In this document: piece by piece, positions 56,748-64,000 of the stretch
Layout: each line of letters starts with the position of its first letter
Position numbering within the stretch: the stretch's first letter is position 1
Source: Nitrospirota bacterium
Lineage (GTDB): Bacteria; Nitrospirota; Nitrospiria; 2-01-FULL-66-17
Length of the DNA stretch: 64,000 nt
Direction: 5' to 3'
NCBI GenBank assembly: GCA_016201825.1
Contig: JACQCD010000002.1
Location: 2,080 to 66,079, forward strand
The notes under the pieces: generated by a model
What the model saw: the letters and a program-made list of their open reading frames with translations, nothing else
Told to the model about the DNA's origin: nothing
Database searches by the model: none
Made by a program: the position numbers and the translations under genes

Positions 56748-57281
56748 TTACGGCCGTGCACGCTCTTTGGACGCCCCCTCCGGTTCCGACGGTGGATGGT
56801 GATCCTGGCCGCGGTAGGCCTCGATAAATCGGCGGACCAGCCCTTCGTCCCAGGATTCTATCGTCGCGATCCGACCCCACGCCGTGAGCGCGAAGGCGCT
56901 GGACAGGCTGGGCTCAGGGGTCACAAGAACCTGGGTGGGATACTCGGTGAGAAGGCGCTCAAGGGCCGTCATCGTCTCGGGACACGGGCGATCGCAGCGA
57001 TAGTGGATGATGATCCCGCCGTCCTCAAGGTTATGGACCTGCACCTCCCACAACACCGGGATCCGGTGCATCCCCCACGGCGCCAACCACGGAACGTGGG
57101 GACCGGAAGTCGGGGGCAGAGAATGATACGGGGTATGCGGAGATCCCGGCGACTGGAGATGATCGTTGCCTTGAAGCGGGACCGCGCGGCCCGGCTCGTC
57201 GCCGGACACGCTCGCCTGGACGGGGACGGCCCAGCATAACCCCGCCGCAAGCCACGCCAAGCCGTTCCCATTGAGGCGCAT
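56748..57281 (-). CDS. Secreted DUF3105-domain protein
   Basis: A signal peptide MRLNGNGLAWLAAGLCWAVPVQA. The DUF3105 core runs PPTSGPHVPWLAPWGM...VHNLEDGGIIIHYRCD...VLVTPEPSLSSAFALTAWGRIATIESWDEGLVRRFIEAYRG. Confidence 0.55.
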   Translation of the reverse strand: MRLNGNGLAWLAAGLCWAVPVQASVSGDEPGRAVPLQGNDHLQSPGSPHTPYHSLPPTSGPHVPWLAPWGMHRIPVLWEVQVHNLEDGGIIIHYRCDRPCPETMTALERLLTEYPTQVLVTPEPSLSSAFALTAWGRIATIESWDEGLVRRFIEAYRGQDHHPPSEPEGASKERARP

Positions 57282-57372
57282 AGGGGTTTTATCCTACGGC
57301 TGACCCCACCACCAAGTCAATCCGGGCCGTGTCGCCTTGACAGGCTGGAGAGGTTTCAGTAGAGTACGGCCC

Positions 57373-58344
57373 ATGCGGAATGTCCTTCCTCGTGTCGGCA
57401 TCAAACGCATGGTGTGGGCCGTGGTGCTGGGTTCTGCGCTCGTCGGTTGTACCTCGACGATACCTCCCCCTCAGTTTGATTTCTCCGCCCAGCGCACCAC
57501 CTTCCTCACCCACGACACCTTCGACAACCTGAACCCAACCTGGAGTCCCGACGGAAACACGGTCGTCTACGTGTCCAACCGGAACGGCGGGTGGAATCTC
57601 TGGGCCGTCACGCTCGACGGCGCCGCGCCGCGCGCCCTGACGACGGGGCCCGGTGAAGACCGGTTTCCCGCGTTCTCTCCCGACGGCAAGCGTCTCGCCT
57701 TTGCGTCGCGGCGCTCCGGGAACTGGGACATCTGGGCGGTCAACCCCGACGGCACGGGGCTCGCTCAACTCACCACCCATCGCATGGACGATCTGGCTCC
57801 CGCCTGGAGCTGGGACGGCAAGCAGATTGCCTTCGACTCATATCGGGATTTCGAGTACAGCATCTACGTCATGGACGCCGACGGCGCCAACCAGCGTAAG
57901 TTGACCACTGGCGGCAACGGCGATTGGGGGGCGTCGTTCGCTCCATCGGGCGACACGGTCGTGTTCGCCTCGACGCGCACCGGGCATGGCGATCTGTACG
58001 CGATCGATCTGGCCGGAAAGGGGCCGTACCGGCGCCTCACTCAGACCGAAAACGAACGCGAGATGATTCCGACGTTCAATGCGGATGGATCCAAAATTGC
58101 GTTCGTGGCCGAGCGCGAGGGCGGGCGCGACATCTGGGTGATGGATCCCGACGGGAGTCGCCAGACACGCCTCACCCGCAATCTGTCGGGAGCCTGGCAA
58201 CCGCGGTTCAGCGTGGACCGGGAACTCTACGCGGCGATCGGGTACTTCACCGTGGCGTGGAGTCCTGACGGCCGTTCGCTCGCCTATACCCATGTCGACC
58301 GCGATGGGACGGGACAGATCGCGATCCTCTCGCTCGCCCGCTAG
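57373..58344 (+). CDS. PD40/TolB-like beta-propeller lipoprotein
   Basis: A signal plus lipobox MRNVLPRVGIKRMVWAVVLGSALVGC. PD40 repeats follow: PTWSPDGNTVVYVSNRNGGWNLW, PAFSPDGKRLAFASRRSGNWDIW, PAWSWDGKQIAFDS, ASFAPSGDTVVFAS, PTFNADGSKIAFVAEREGGRDIW. The start is placed at the ATG (residue 13) after a TTG track start. Confidence 0.65.
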   Translation: MRNVLPRVGIKRMVWAVVLGSALVGCTSTIPPPQFDFSAQRTTFLTHDTFDNLNPTWSPDGNTVVYVSNRNGGWNLWAVTLDGAAPRALTTGPGEDRFPAFSPDGKRLAFASRRSGNWDIWAVNPDGTGLAQLTTHRMDDLAPAWSWDGKQIAFDSYRDFEYSIYVMDADGANQRKLTTGGNGDWGASFAPSGDTVVFASTRTGHGDLYAIDLAGKGPYRRLTQTENEREMIPTFNADGSKIAFVAEREGGRDIWVMDPDGSRQTRLTRNLSGAWQPRFSVDRELYAAIGYFTVAWSPDGRSLAYTHVDRDGTGQIAILSLAR

Positions 58345-58384
58345 GAGCCTGTCCATGGATGACCATCTGCTGCGTTGTCAGTCG

Positions 58385-58488
58385 GCCTTGCGTGCCCACG
58401 TACGACCTGTAAAGGCGGGTCGATGACCCGCCCTGGGCGAGGCAGCGCCTCGCCCCTACAAGTTGCGCAAGGCCTCCGTCCGCCTTGC
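58385..58488 (+). promoter_or_regulatory. Intergenic cluster of GC-rich stem-loops with mutually exclusive pairings (candidate structured RNA / cis-regulatory element)
   Basis: Hairpin 1 is GGCGGGTC-gat-GACCCGCC (58414-58432). Hairpin 2 is GGGCGAGGC-agc-GCCTCGCCC (58435-58455). The segment gcaaggc (58467-58473) can pair either with gccttgc at 58386-58392 or with gccttgc at 58482-58488. No U-tract follows any of these. Confidence 0.3.
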
Positions 58489-58552
58489 ATCTGGCCACCC
58501 CTGAACAGGCTCCAACATCCCAATACTCGGACACACTCCTAGTTTCCGTCCG

Positions 58553-59491
58553 ATGCGAACCGCCCTCGTTGGGCTTCTGCTTGTGGGCATCGCCGCCGGT
58601 TGCCAGCCGGTCGCTCCGGGATCGCTCGTACTGTCGCCTCCGCAGGCGGCGGTCTCCCGTCAACTCACCTTCTCTCCCGGTAACGATTTTTCTCCGGCGT
58701 GGAGTCCAGACGGCCGTTCCATCGTGTACGTGTCGGACCAAGCCGGCGCGTGGAATCTGTGGACCGTGGATCCACAGGGCCAGGCGCCTCGGGCGTTGAC
58801 GTTCGATCGGTTCCAGTATTCGAGTCCGTCGTTCACCCCCGACGGCGCGTCGATCGTGGTGGCGTCCGACCGCGGCTCTCCGTTGCGGGCGTGGCTCGAC
58901 CTCTGGCTGCTCTCGCGCGAGGGCACGCCGGAACGACGGCTGCTCTCGGAAACGCCGAGCGTCAAAGAGTTCGCTCCGGTCATCTCGCCGGACGGTCGCC
59001 TGCTTGCCTATCTCGATCTTCCAATGAGCCGCGCCCCCCAATACCGTGTGGTGGTCGTCGAACTTCCGGGGGGAATCCCGCGCGTGGTCACGGAGGATCG
59101 CGTCCTGTTCTCGCCGGTCCGGTTCAGCCCGGACGGGCGACAACTGCTCTTTACCTCCGATCGTCTCGGAACGGCCGACGTGTGGATCACGGGGGCGGAC
59201 GGGAGCGGGGCGCGGGCGCTGACGATGAGCCCCGCCGTGGAAACCGTAGGTGACTGGAGCCGTGACGGCTCCACGGTCGTCTTCGTATCAGACCAGAGCG
59301 GCCACGACGAGTTGTGGCTGATGGACGCTCAGGGGCAGGATCGGCGCCAGCTCACGAACGACAGCGACACCGCGTCGCTGCCCGCGTTCTCGCCCGACGG
59401 CGCGTGGGTCGTCTACACGTCCACCAAATCGCACAACCAGGATCTGTGGATCATCCCATCGGGACTAAGACCGGCAATCAGTAATCCTTAG
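58553..59491 (+). CDS. PD40/TolB-like beta-propeller lipoprotein (paralogue)
   Basis: MRTALVGLLLVGIAAGC (lipobox). PD40 repeats follow: PAWSPDGRSIVYVSDQAGAWNLW, PSFTPDGASIVVASDR, PVISPDGRLLAYL, VRFSPDGRQLLFTSDRLGTADVW, PAFSPDGAWVVYTSTKSHNQDLW. Confidence 0.65.
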   Translation: MRTALVGLLLVGIAAGCQPVAPGSLVLSPPQAAVSRQLTFSPGNDFSPAWSPDGRSIVYVSDQAGAWNLWTVDPQGQAPRALTFDRFQYSSPSFTPDGASIVVASDRGSPLRAWLDLWLLSREGTPERRLLSETPSVKEFAPVISPDGRLLAYLDLPMSRAPQYRVVVVELPGGIPRVVTEDRVLFSPVRFSPDGRQLLFTSDRLGTADVWITGADGSGARALTMSPAVETVGDWSRDGSTVVFVSDQSGHDELWLMDAQGQDRRQLTNDSDTASLPAFSPDGAWVVYTSTKSHNQDLWIIPSGLRPAISNP

Positions 59492-59578
59492 AAGTCGCCG
59501 CTTCTCAAGTCTCGACCAAGACTGGCATGCGTTCGAAAAACCGCTTTCGAATCCGATGCCTGAAACCGACCCCTCGCG

Positions 59579-61447
59579 TTACGGTTCTATAATCTGTATC
59601 GTCCGGTTGGCTTCAAAGGGCCCCTGGATCGCCTGGTGTCGCCCTGTTGGCCAAATAATGTCGACCCTGTCTATCGTCCGGTGTTCGCCCAAACCGAAAT
59701 AGATCGGGATTTGGCTCTGCGAGAGATAGCCCGACTTGCCATCGATGTAACGAACCTGGCGGTTACCGCCGTAGGAGATGCTCACCCACGCTCCAATCGC
59801 GTTGCGATTCGAAGCCGTTCCCACCAGTTCCATTTTGAGGTAATGGATCCTACGGCGCTGAGCCAGGTTGCTCACCAAGACCTGCGGAACATCGTTAAAT
59901 TCAGTCGTAACGATGTCCAGATCCCCGTCATTATCGAGGTCGAAGATCACCGAAGAACGAGAACTCCGAGCCCCGCTGACGAACCCGTTCCGATAACAGA
60001 TCCCATCGACCACGCAATCTTGACTAGTGTTAAACACACGGGAGCACTCCACGCGCTCCTGATCACGACCGCCGCAGTCGAGTGCAAAGTAGTCGCCGAT
60101 GAGGGTGCCGTTCGCTCGCGGCTCGATGTTGAGCTCCTTTTCCGCATGCCTGAACCGCTCGCCCTTCTCGTTGATCAGCACCACATTTTTGGCATACGGA
60201 AATGGATACCCCATACCAGACGCCACAAACACGTCTTGATATTGGTCCGCGTCCAGATCCTCGACGCTGATTCCCCAGGGCCAGTAGGTTTCTGCACCGA
60301 TGGCATCCGACATTTCTTCGTAACGGCCATCGCCCATATTCTTATAGAACGTATTCCCCAAGATGTTGTGACTGACATCGCCCATCATCCGCGGGGCCAG
60401 CTCGCGGGGCAGTTTCATGGTCTCCGCTGTGATTCCCCCAAACATGTCCGAGTGCATGTCGGTGGTCATGAGGTCGATGAGCCCGTCGTTGTCGAAATCG
60501 AAGAACTTGATACCCATGGCTCCCCACCCTGTCTTCGGAAACACGGTGGGGGTCACTTCGATGAAGCGCGTCCCACCCACGTTCTCAAAGAACTGATCGT
60601 CGCCCTGCATGTTCGTCACGTAAAGATCCGGGTACCCGTCGTTGTTGTAATCCGCGATCGAGGCGTCCCCATTCCATCCCACGAGATCACCAAGCCCCAT
60701 CTCGCGGCTCACATCTTTAAAGCGCCCACCGCCTAAATTTTTATAGAGGATGCTTCGCTCCGCAAATTCCGGTTGGAGATGCAATTCAAAGGCCCTCTCG
60801 CGCCCCACGTAGTAACCCTGGGAGTCGAACTCGTCGGTAGTGTATCGGCCCACATTCACCACCAAGAGGTCCAGCAACCCGTCACGATCAAAGTCAAAAA
60901 ATACCGCCCCAGACGAATGCCCGTGATAGTCTAATCCAGACGATTCGGTCATGTCCCGAAAAACACCGTTTCCTTCATTCTCCAATAGGACATTGCCCCC
61001 CCGGACCGCTGTGACAAACAAATCCTGGTCTCCATCGTTATCAATATCGGCAAACGCCCCGCCGACACCGACCCGATCACCCAACCCGGTATGAGAGACC
61101 TCCGTAATATCTCGAAATCTGCCCTCACCCAAATTCTTATACAGAGCATTGGCACCGACTTGGTTGATAAAATATAGGTCCACAAGACCGTCGTGATCCA
61201 CGTCGGCGGCGAGGACCCCATTTCCGTGGTCGTAATGGACCGCCTTATAGCGCCGACCCGCATCGTGGACGATCCGATGCCGGAACGTAATGCCAGACTT
61301 CTCTTGCTGATTCGTGAATGAAAACGACGAGGGAGCCGTGGACTGACCTGGGGGCGTGGTGTGCCAATCGCCGAGGGAACCGGAACACCCGCCCAGGACA
61401 ATCAAGATAATGGCCCCAAGAGGAGACCGGCTCCCGATCGTCGTCAT
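59579..61447 (-). CDS. CRTAC1-family lipoprotein (FG-GAP/VCBS-like repeats plus C-terminal ASPIC/UnbV domain)
   Basis: A lipoprotein signal MTTIGSRSPLGAIILIVLGGC. Repeated D-x-D-x-DG loops follow (DVDHDGLVDLYF, DIDNDGDQDLFV, DFDRDGLLDLLV, DYNNDGYPDLYV, DFDNDGLIDLMT, DLDNDGDLDIVT). The C-terminal region ...AIGAWVSISYGGNRQVRYIDGKSGYLSQSQIPIYFGLGE... is typical of UnbV_ASPIC. Confidence 0.6.
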   Translation of the reverse strand: MTTIGSRSPLGAIILIVLGGCSGSLGDWHTTPPGQSTAPSSFSFTNQQEKSGITFRHRIVHDAGRRYKAVHYDHGNGVLAADVDHDGLVDLYFINQVGANALYKNLGEGRFRDITEVSHTGLGDRVGVGGAFADIDNDGDQDLFVTAVRGGNVLLENEGNGVFRDMTESSGLDYHGHSSGAVFFDFDRDGLLDLLVVNVGRYTTDEFDSQGYYVGRERAFELHLQPEFAERSILYKNLGGGRFKDVSREMGLGDLVGWNGDASIADYNNDGYPDLYVTNMQGDDQFFENVGGTRFIEVTPTVFPKTGWGAMGIKFFDFDNDGLIDLMTTDMHSDMFGGITAETMKLPRELAPRMMGDVSHNILGNTFYKNMGDGRYEEMSDAIGAETYWPWGISVEDLDADQYQDVFVASGMGYPFPYAKNVVLINEKGERFRHAEKELNIEPRANGTLIGDYFALDCGGRDQERVECSRVFNTSQDCVVDGICYRNGFVSGARSSRSSVIFDLDNDGDLDIVTTEFNDVPQVLVSNLAQRRRIHYLKMELVGTASNRNAIGAWVSISYGGNRQVRYIDGKSGYLSQSQIPIYFGLGEHRTIDRVDIIWPTGRHQAIQGPFEANRTIQIIEP

Positions 61448-61565
61448 CAGAAGAGAAACCTATCCAGAAAAGTGGTCATCGCTGCGACAACTGATTGGCC
61501 GCGAAGCGACGGCCTACAGAAACTCGGTTTTGTCTACTCCGACCAAGCAATAGGCACTGCCATGG

Positions 61566-62375
61566 TTAACGGGAATCCTTCGCACAGCGGAACCCCACGT
61601 CGTAGCCGGTATGCCAGTCGGTGTCGCGGTCGTTGATCGCGAACAATTCAGGCGCGTAGCGGTGGGTGGCGCGGGCGAAGGGTTGGGCCGGCACGCCCCA
61701 TGACCCGCCGCGGAGCACTCGGTTGCTTTTACCGAACGCGGAGCGGGTGAGCGTGCTCCCAGGGTAGGCCTCGTACCAGGAGCTCGTCCACTCCCAGACG
61801 TTCCCGATCATGTCTTCGACCCCGTACACGCTGGCGCCACCGGGATAGCTCCCCACCGGCCGGCTCCACGCCAGACCGGACTCCATCGTATTGGCGCGAT
61901 CGGACGAAAACCCCGTGCCCCACGGATACGCGGCGCCGTCGGGACCGCGAGCGGCCTTTTCCCACTCGGCTTCGGTCGGCAGGCGCTTGCCGGCCCACCG
62001 GCAGTAGGCGTCGGCGTCGTACCAGTCGGTGTCGGATACGGGGTTGGTGGGCTCGCGCCGGAGCGCGTCGCGTTCCCGCCAGGGCGCGGGGAGGTAGGTC
62101 GACCCCGTCGCGTTAATGAACTTGGCATACTCCGCGTTGGTGACCTCGTAACGATCGATGAAGTAGGCTGGGAGCACAACTTGATGGCGGGGCAATTCAT
62201 CGACCCCCACCTCAATGCCCACCACCCCCTCTCGCTCGTCGCTCCCCATCCAGAACGGTCCCGCCGGAATCAGAACCATCCCCGGCTGCGAATCACCGGA
62301 CGGCACAATCGGCGCCAGACTGCAGGCGCCCGAGAGCAAGCCCACCATCAGCGTGAAGACCCGCCTCATCCGCAT
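61566..62375 (-). CDS. FGE-sulfatase-family lipoprotein (no catalytic Cys pair)
   Basis: The start is placed at the internal ATG (residue 44), 4 nt after AAGGAGA: MRMRRVFTLMVGLLSGAC (lipobox). Then [41 protein letters not shown] and GFRCAKDSR. Confidence 0.7.
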   Translation of the reverse strand: MRMRRVFTLMVGLLSGACSLAPIVPSGDSQPGMVLIPAGPFWMGSDEREGVVGIEVGVDELPRHQVVLPAYFIDRYEVTNAEYAKFINATGSTYLPAPWRERDALRREPTNPVSDTDWYDADAYCRWAGKRLPTEAEWEKAARGPDGAAYPWGTGFSSDRANTMESGLAWSRPVGSYPGGASVYGVEDMIGNVWEWTSSWYEAYPGSTLTRSAFGKSNRVLRGGSWGVPAQPFARATHRYAPELFAINDRDTDWHTGYDVGFRCAKDSR

Positions 62376-62388
62376 GCCCTCTCCTTCC

Positions 62389-63162
62389 TCATCCCACGTC
62401 CTTAGCGCAGCGCGCGCCAAAATGGGGATGATCCCATTTCGGCGCGATCGCATGGCGGTTGGCCGCCCGGCTGAACGGCAGGGGCGGCGTGGTCCACGCC
62501 CCACCCTTTAGCACGCGGTATTTCTGGCCGAAGTCCGGCCGGGCGAGCGTGCTGCCTGGGTACTGTTCGTACCACGACGCCGTCCACTCCATCACGTTGC
62601 CGGCCATATCGTAAGCCCCGTAGGGACTCACATCGCCCGGGTGGCTTCCGACCGGCGCGGTATCCCCGAGGCCGCGGTCCTGAAGATTAGCCGTCCCCGC
62701 ATGATACTCCGAGCCCCACGGCCAGAGACGACCATCCTCGCCGCGCGCCGCTTTTTCCCATTCGGCCTCGGTGGGAAGGCGCTTCCCGGCCCAGCGGCAA
62801 TAGGCATCCGCATCATCCCACGAGAGGTCGCTGACCGGATGATCATTGCGGCGCGGCCGGTCACCGGCCCAGAGCCGCGGCGCGCGGTGACCGGTCTGTT
62901 GCACGAAGTTCGCGTACTCCGCCTCGGTCACCTCGTGCCGATCGATCCAAAACGCGGGAAGCTTCACCCGATGCTGGGGGGTCTCATCGACCCCCTGCTC
63001 AAACCACGCGAGGGCGGGGTTGGGTGCACTCCCCATCGCGAACCACCCGGCGGGCACCACCACCATCCCGGGCGGCGGATCGCGAGGGACCACCACCGCA
63101 GAGGCGCATGCCACCAGCGCAAACACCGCGCTTCCCGTAAGAAGCCACCCCTTATTTGGCAC
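62389..63162 (-). CDS. FGE-sulfatase-family lipoprotein (no catalytic Cys pair)
   Basis: The start is placed at the GTG (residue 43 of the track ORF), overlapping the upstream gene's stop by 11 nt: (M)PNKGWLLTGSAVFALVAC. Then [40 protein letters not shown] and GARCAKDVG. Confidence 0.65.
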   Translation of the reverse strand: MPNKGWLLTGSAVFALVACASAVVVPRDPPPGMVVVPAGWFAMGSAPNPALAWFEQGVDETPQHRVKLPAFWIDRHEVTEAEYANFVQQTGHRAPRLWAGDRPRRNDHPVSDLSWDDADAYCRWAGKRLPTEAEWEKAARGEDGRLWPWGSEYHAGTANLQDRGLGDTAPVGSHPGDVSPYGAYDMAGNVMEWTASWYEQYPGSTLARPDFGQKYRVLKGGAWTTPPLPFSRAANRHAIAPKWDHPHFGARCAKDVG

Positions 63163-63949
63163 AGCGAAACCCCAGGGACCGGTGGCGGAGATCCGGTGGC
63201 TGGGCAAGATTCCGGTTGGTCGCCCGCGACCAGGGTTCGGCCGTGAGGACCCATGCTCCGCCGCGGGCCACCCGCATCTGCTCGCCAAACGCTCCCCGCT
63301 TGAGCGTGCTGCCCGGGTAGGGTTGATACCACGAGGCCGTCCACTCCGCGACGTTGCCGCATAAATCCATCACGCCGTACGGACTCGCGCCCTCGGGAAA
63401 ACTCCCCACCGGGGTGGACCAGCGGAACCCGGACTCCATCGCGTTGCATCGCGTCGGGTCGAACCGGCTCCCCCACGGCCACGCGCGGTCGTCGTCCCCT
63501 CGGGCGGCGCGTTCCCATTCGGCTTCGGTCGGCAACCGCTTCCCGGCCCAGCGGCAGTAAGCTTCGGCGTCGTACCAGCTCACGTAGCACACCGGATGAT
63601 CTTCCTGTCCCGCGGGCGGCCGCCCGTCGACCCACGCGTAATACTCGGGGTCCTTGGCATCGGCCGGCGCGGGCCGACCCGTCGCCTGCATGAAACGTCG
63701 GTATTGTTCGTTGGTCACCTCCAACCGATCCAAATAAAAGGGACGGATGCGGACTTCGTGCTGGGGCATTTCATCCACCCCAATCTCAAACCCGATCTTG
63801 CCCGCATCTCCCCGGCTACCCATCAAGAAGCTCCCACCGGGGATAGGGACCATCCCGTCGGGCGGAGTGCCGGCATCCCGACCGAGGACCAGCACTCCAA
63901 TGCCGACTGCCACCACGGCCATCCCAACACCCACCCAGCCCTTATCCAT
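63152..63949 (-). CDS. FGE-sulfatase-family protein with N-terminal signal/anchor (no catalytic Cys pair)
   Basis: ATG start; MDKGWVGVGMAVVAVGIGVLVLG, then [40 protein letters not shown] and GFRCAK. Confidence 0.7.
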   Translation of the reverse strand: MDKGWVGVGMAVVAVGIGVLVLGRDAGTPPDGMVPIPGGSFLMGSRGDAGKIGFEIGVDEMPQHEVRIRPFYLDRLEVTNEQYRRFMQATGRPAPADAKDPEYYAWVDGRPPAGQEDHPVCYVSWYDAEAYCRWAGKRLPTEAEWERAARGDDDRAWPWGSRFDPTRCNAMESGFRWSTPVGSFPEGASPYGVMDLCGNVAEWTASWYQPYPGSTLKRGAFGEQMRVARGGAWVLTAEPWSRATNRNLAQPPDLRHRSLGFRCAK

Positions 63950-64000
63950 CGGCTCTTAACGGCGCACGTGTCGGGCCGGCAGTTTAAGGAGATCCGGTTT

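Overview
This is a GC-rich (roughly two-thirds G+C by eye), gene-dense bacterial chromosomal segment, with most genes on the minus strand. I found no transposases, integrases or CRISPR arrays; it reads as core chromosome with accessory modules interleaved. Coordinates of alternative starts were computed by codon arithmetic from the supplied ORF track, and raw-line readings were anchored to track positions on both sides where possible.

Housekeeping genes I can support:
- the rplU-rpmA-obg ribosomal operon (obg runs off the 5' edge of the window);
- serS, pdxS-pdxT, a class A PBP, hemW, a cspA-family gene and dcd;
- topA, dprA and rng;
- the cell-shape operon mreB-mreC-mreD-mrdA-rodA;
- thiE and a fused thiS-thiG;
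- a tRNA with anticodon CAT.

Accessory content worth a second look:
1. A complete Pup-proteasome locus in the order arc/mpa-dop-pup-prcB-prcA-pafA. Pup ends in Gly-Gly-Glu, so it is ligation-ready without deamidation.
2. Five paralogous FGE-sulfatase-family genes with signal peptides or lipoboxes, in two tandem arrays at 4896-6667 and 61566-63949. One of them (5696-6667) is fused to an N-terminal domain with two CxxCH heme-binding motifs and is the only copy that keeps the FGE active-site cysteine pair.
3. A giant (~2177 aa) secreted protein built from about 10 IPT/TIG domains, a Trp-rich repeat region, three FN3 domains and an unknown C-terminal domain. Its gene carries ~300-330 nt near-identical DNA repeats. 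It sits with an FN3 secreted protein, a PilZ protein, a DUF3105 protein, two PD40 beta-propeller lipoproteins and a CRTAC1/ASPIC-like lipoprotein.
4. A lysine 2,3-aminomutase (KamA family) gene, directly downstream of an uncharacterised ATP-grasp-like gene.
5. A HicAB toxin-antitoxin pair.
6. A GH57 glucanotransferase/branching-enzyme gene and a GalT-like nucleotidyltransferase gene, separated by a 2 x 30 nt tandem direct repeat.
7. A DinD homologue.
8. A frameshifted asnB remnant that runs in-frame into a YecA/SEC-C gene.

Many long ORFs on the strand opposite to real genes are GC-shadow ORFs and were rejected.
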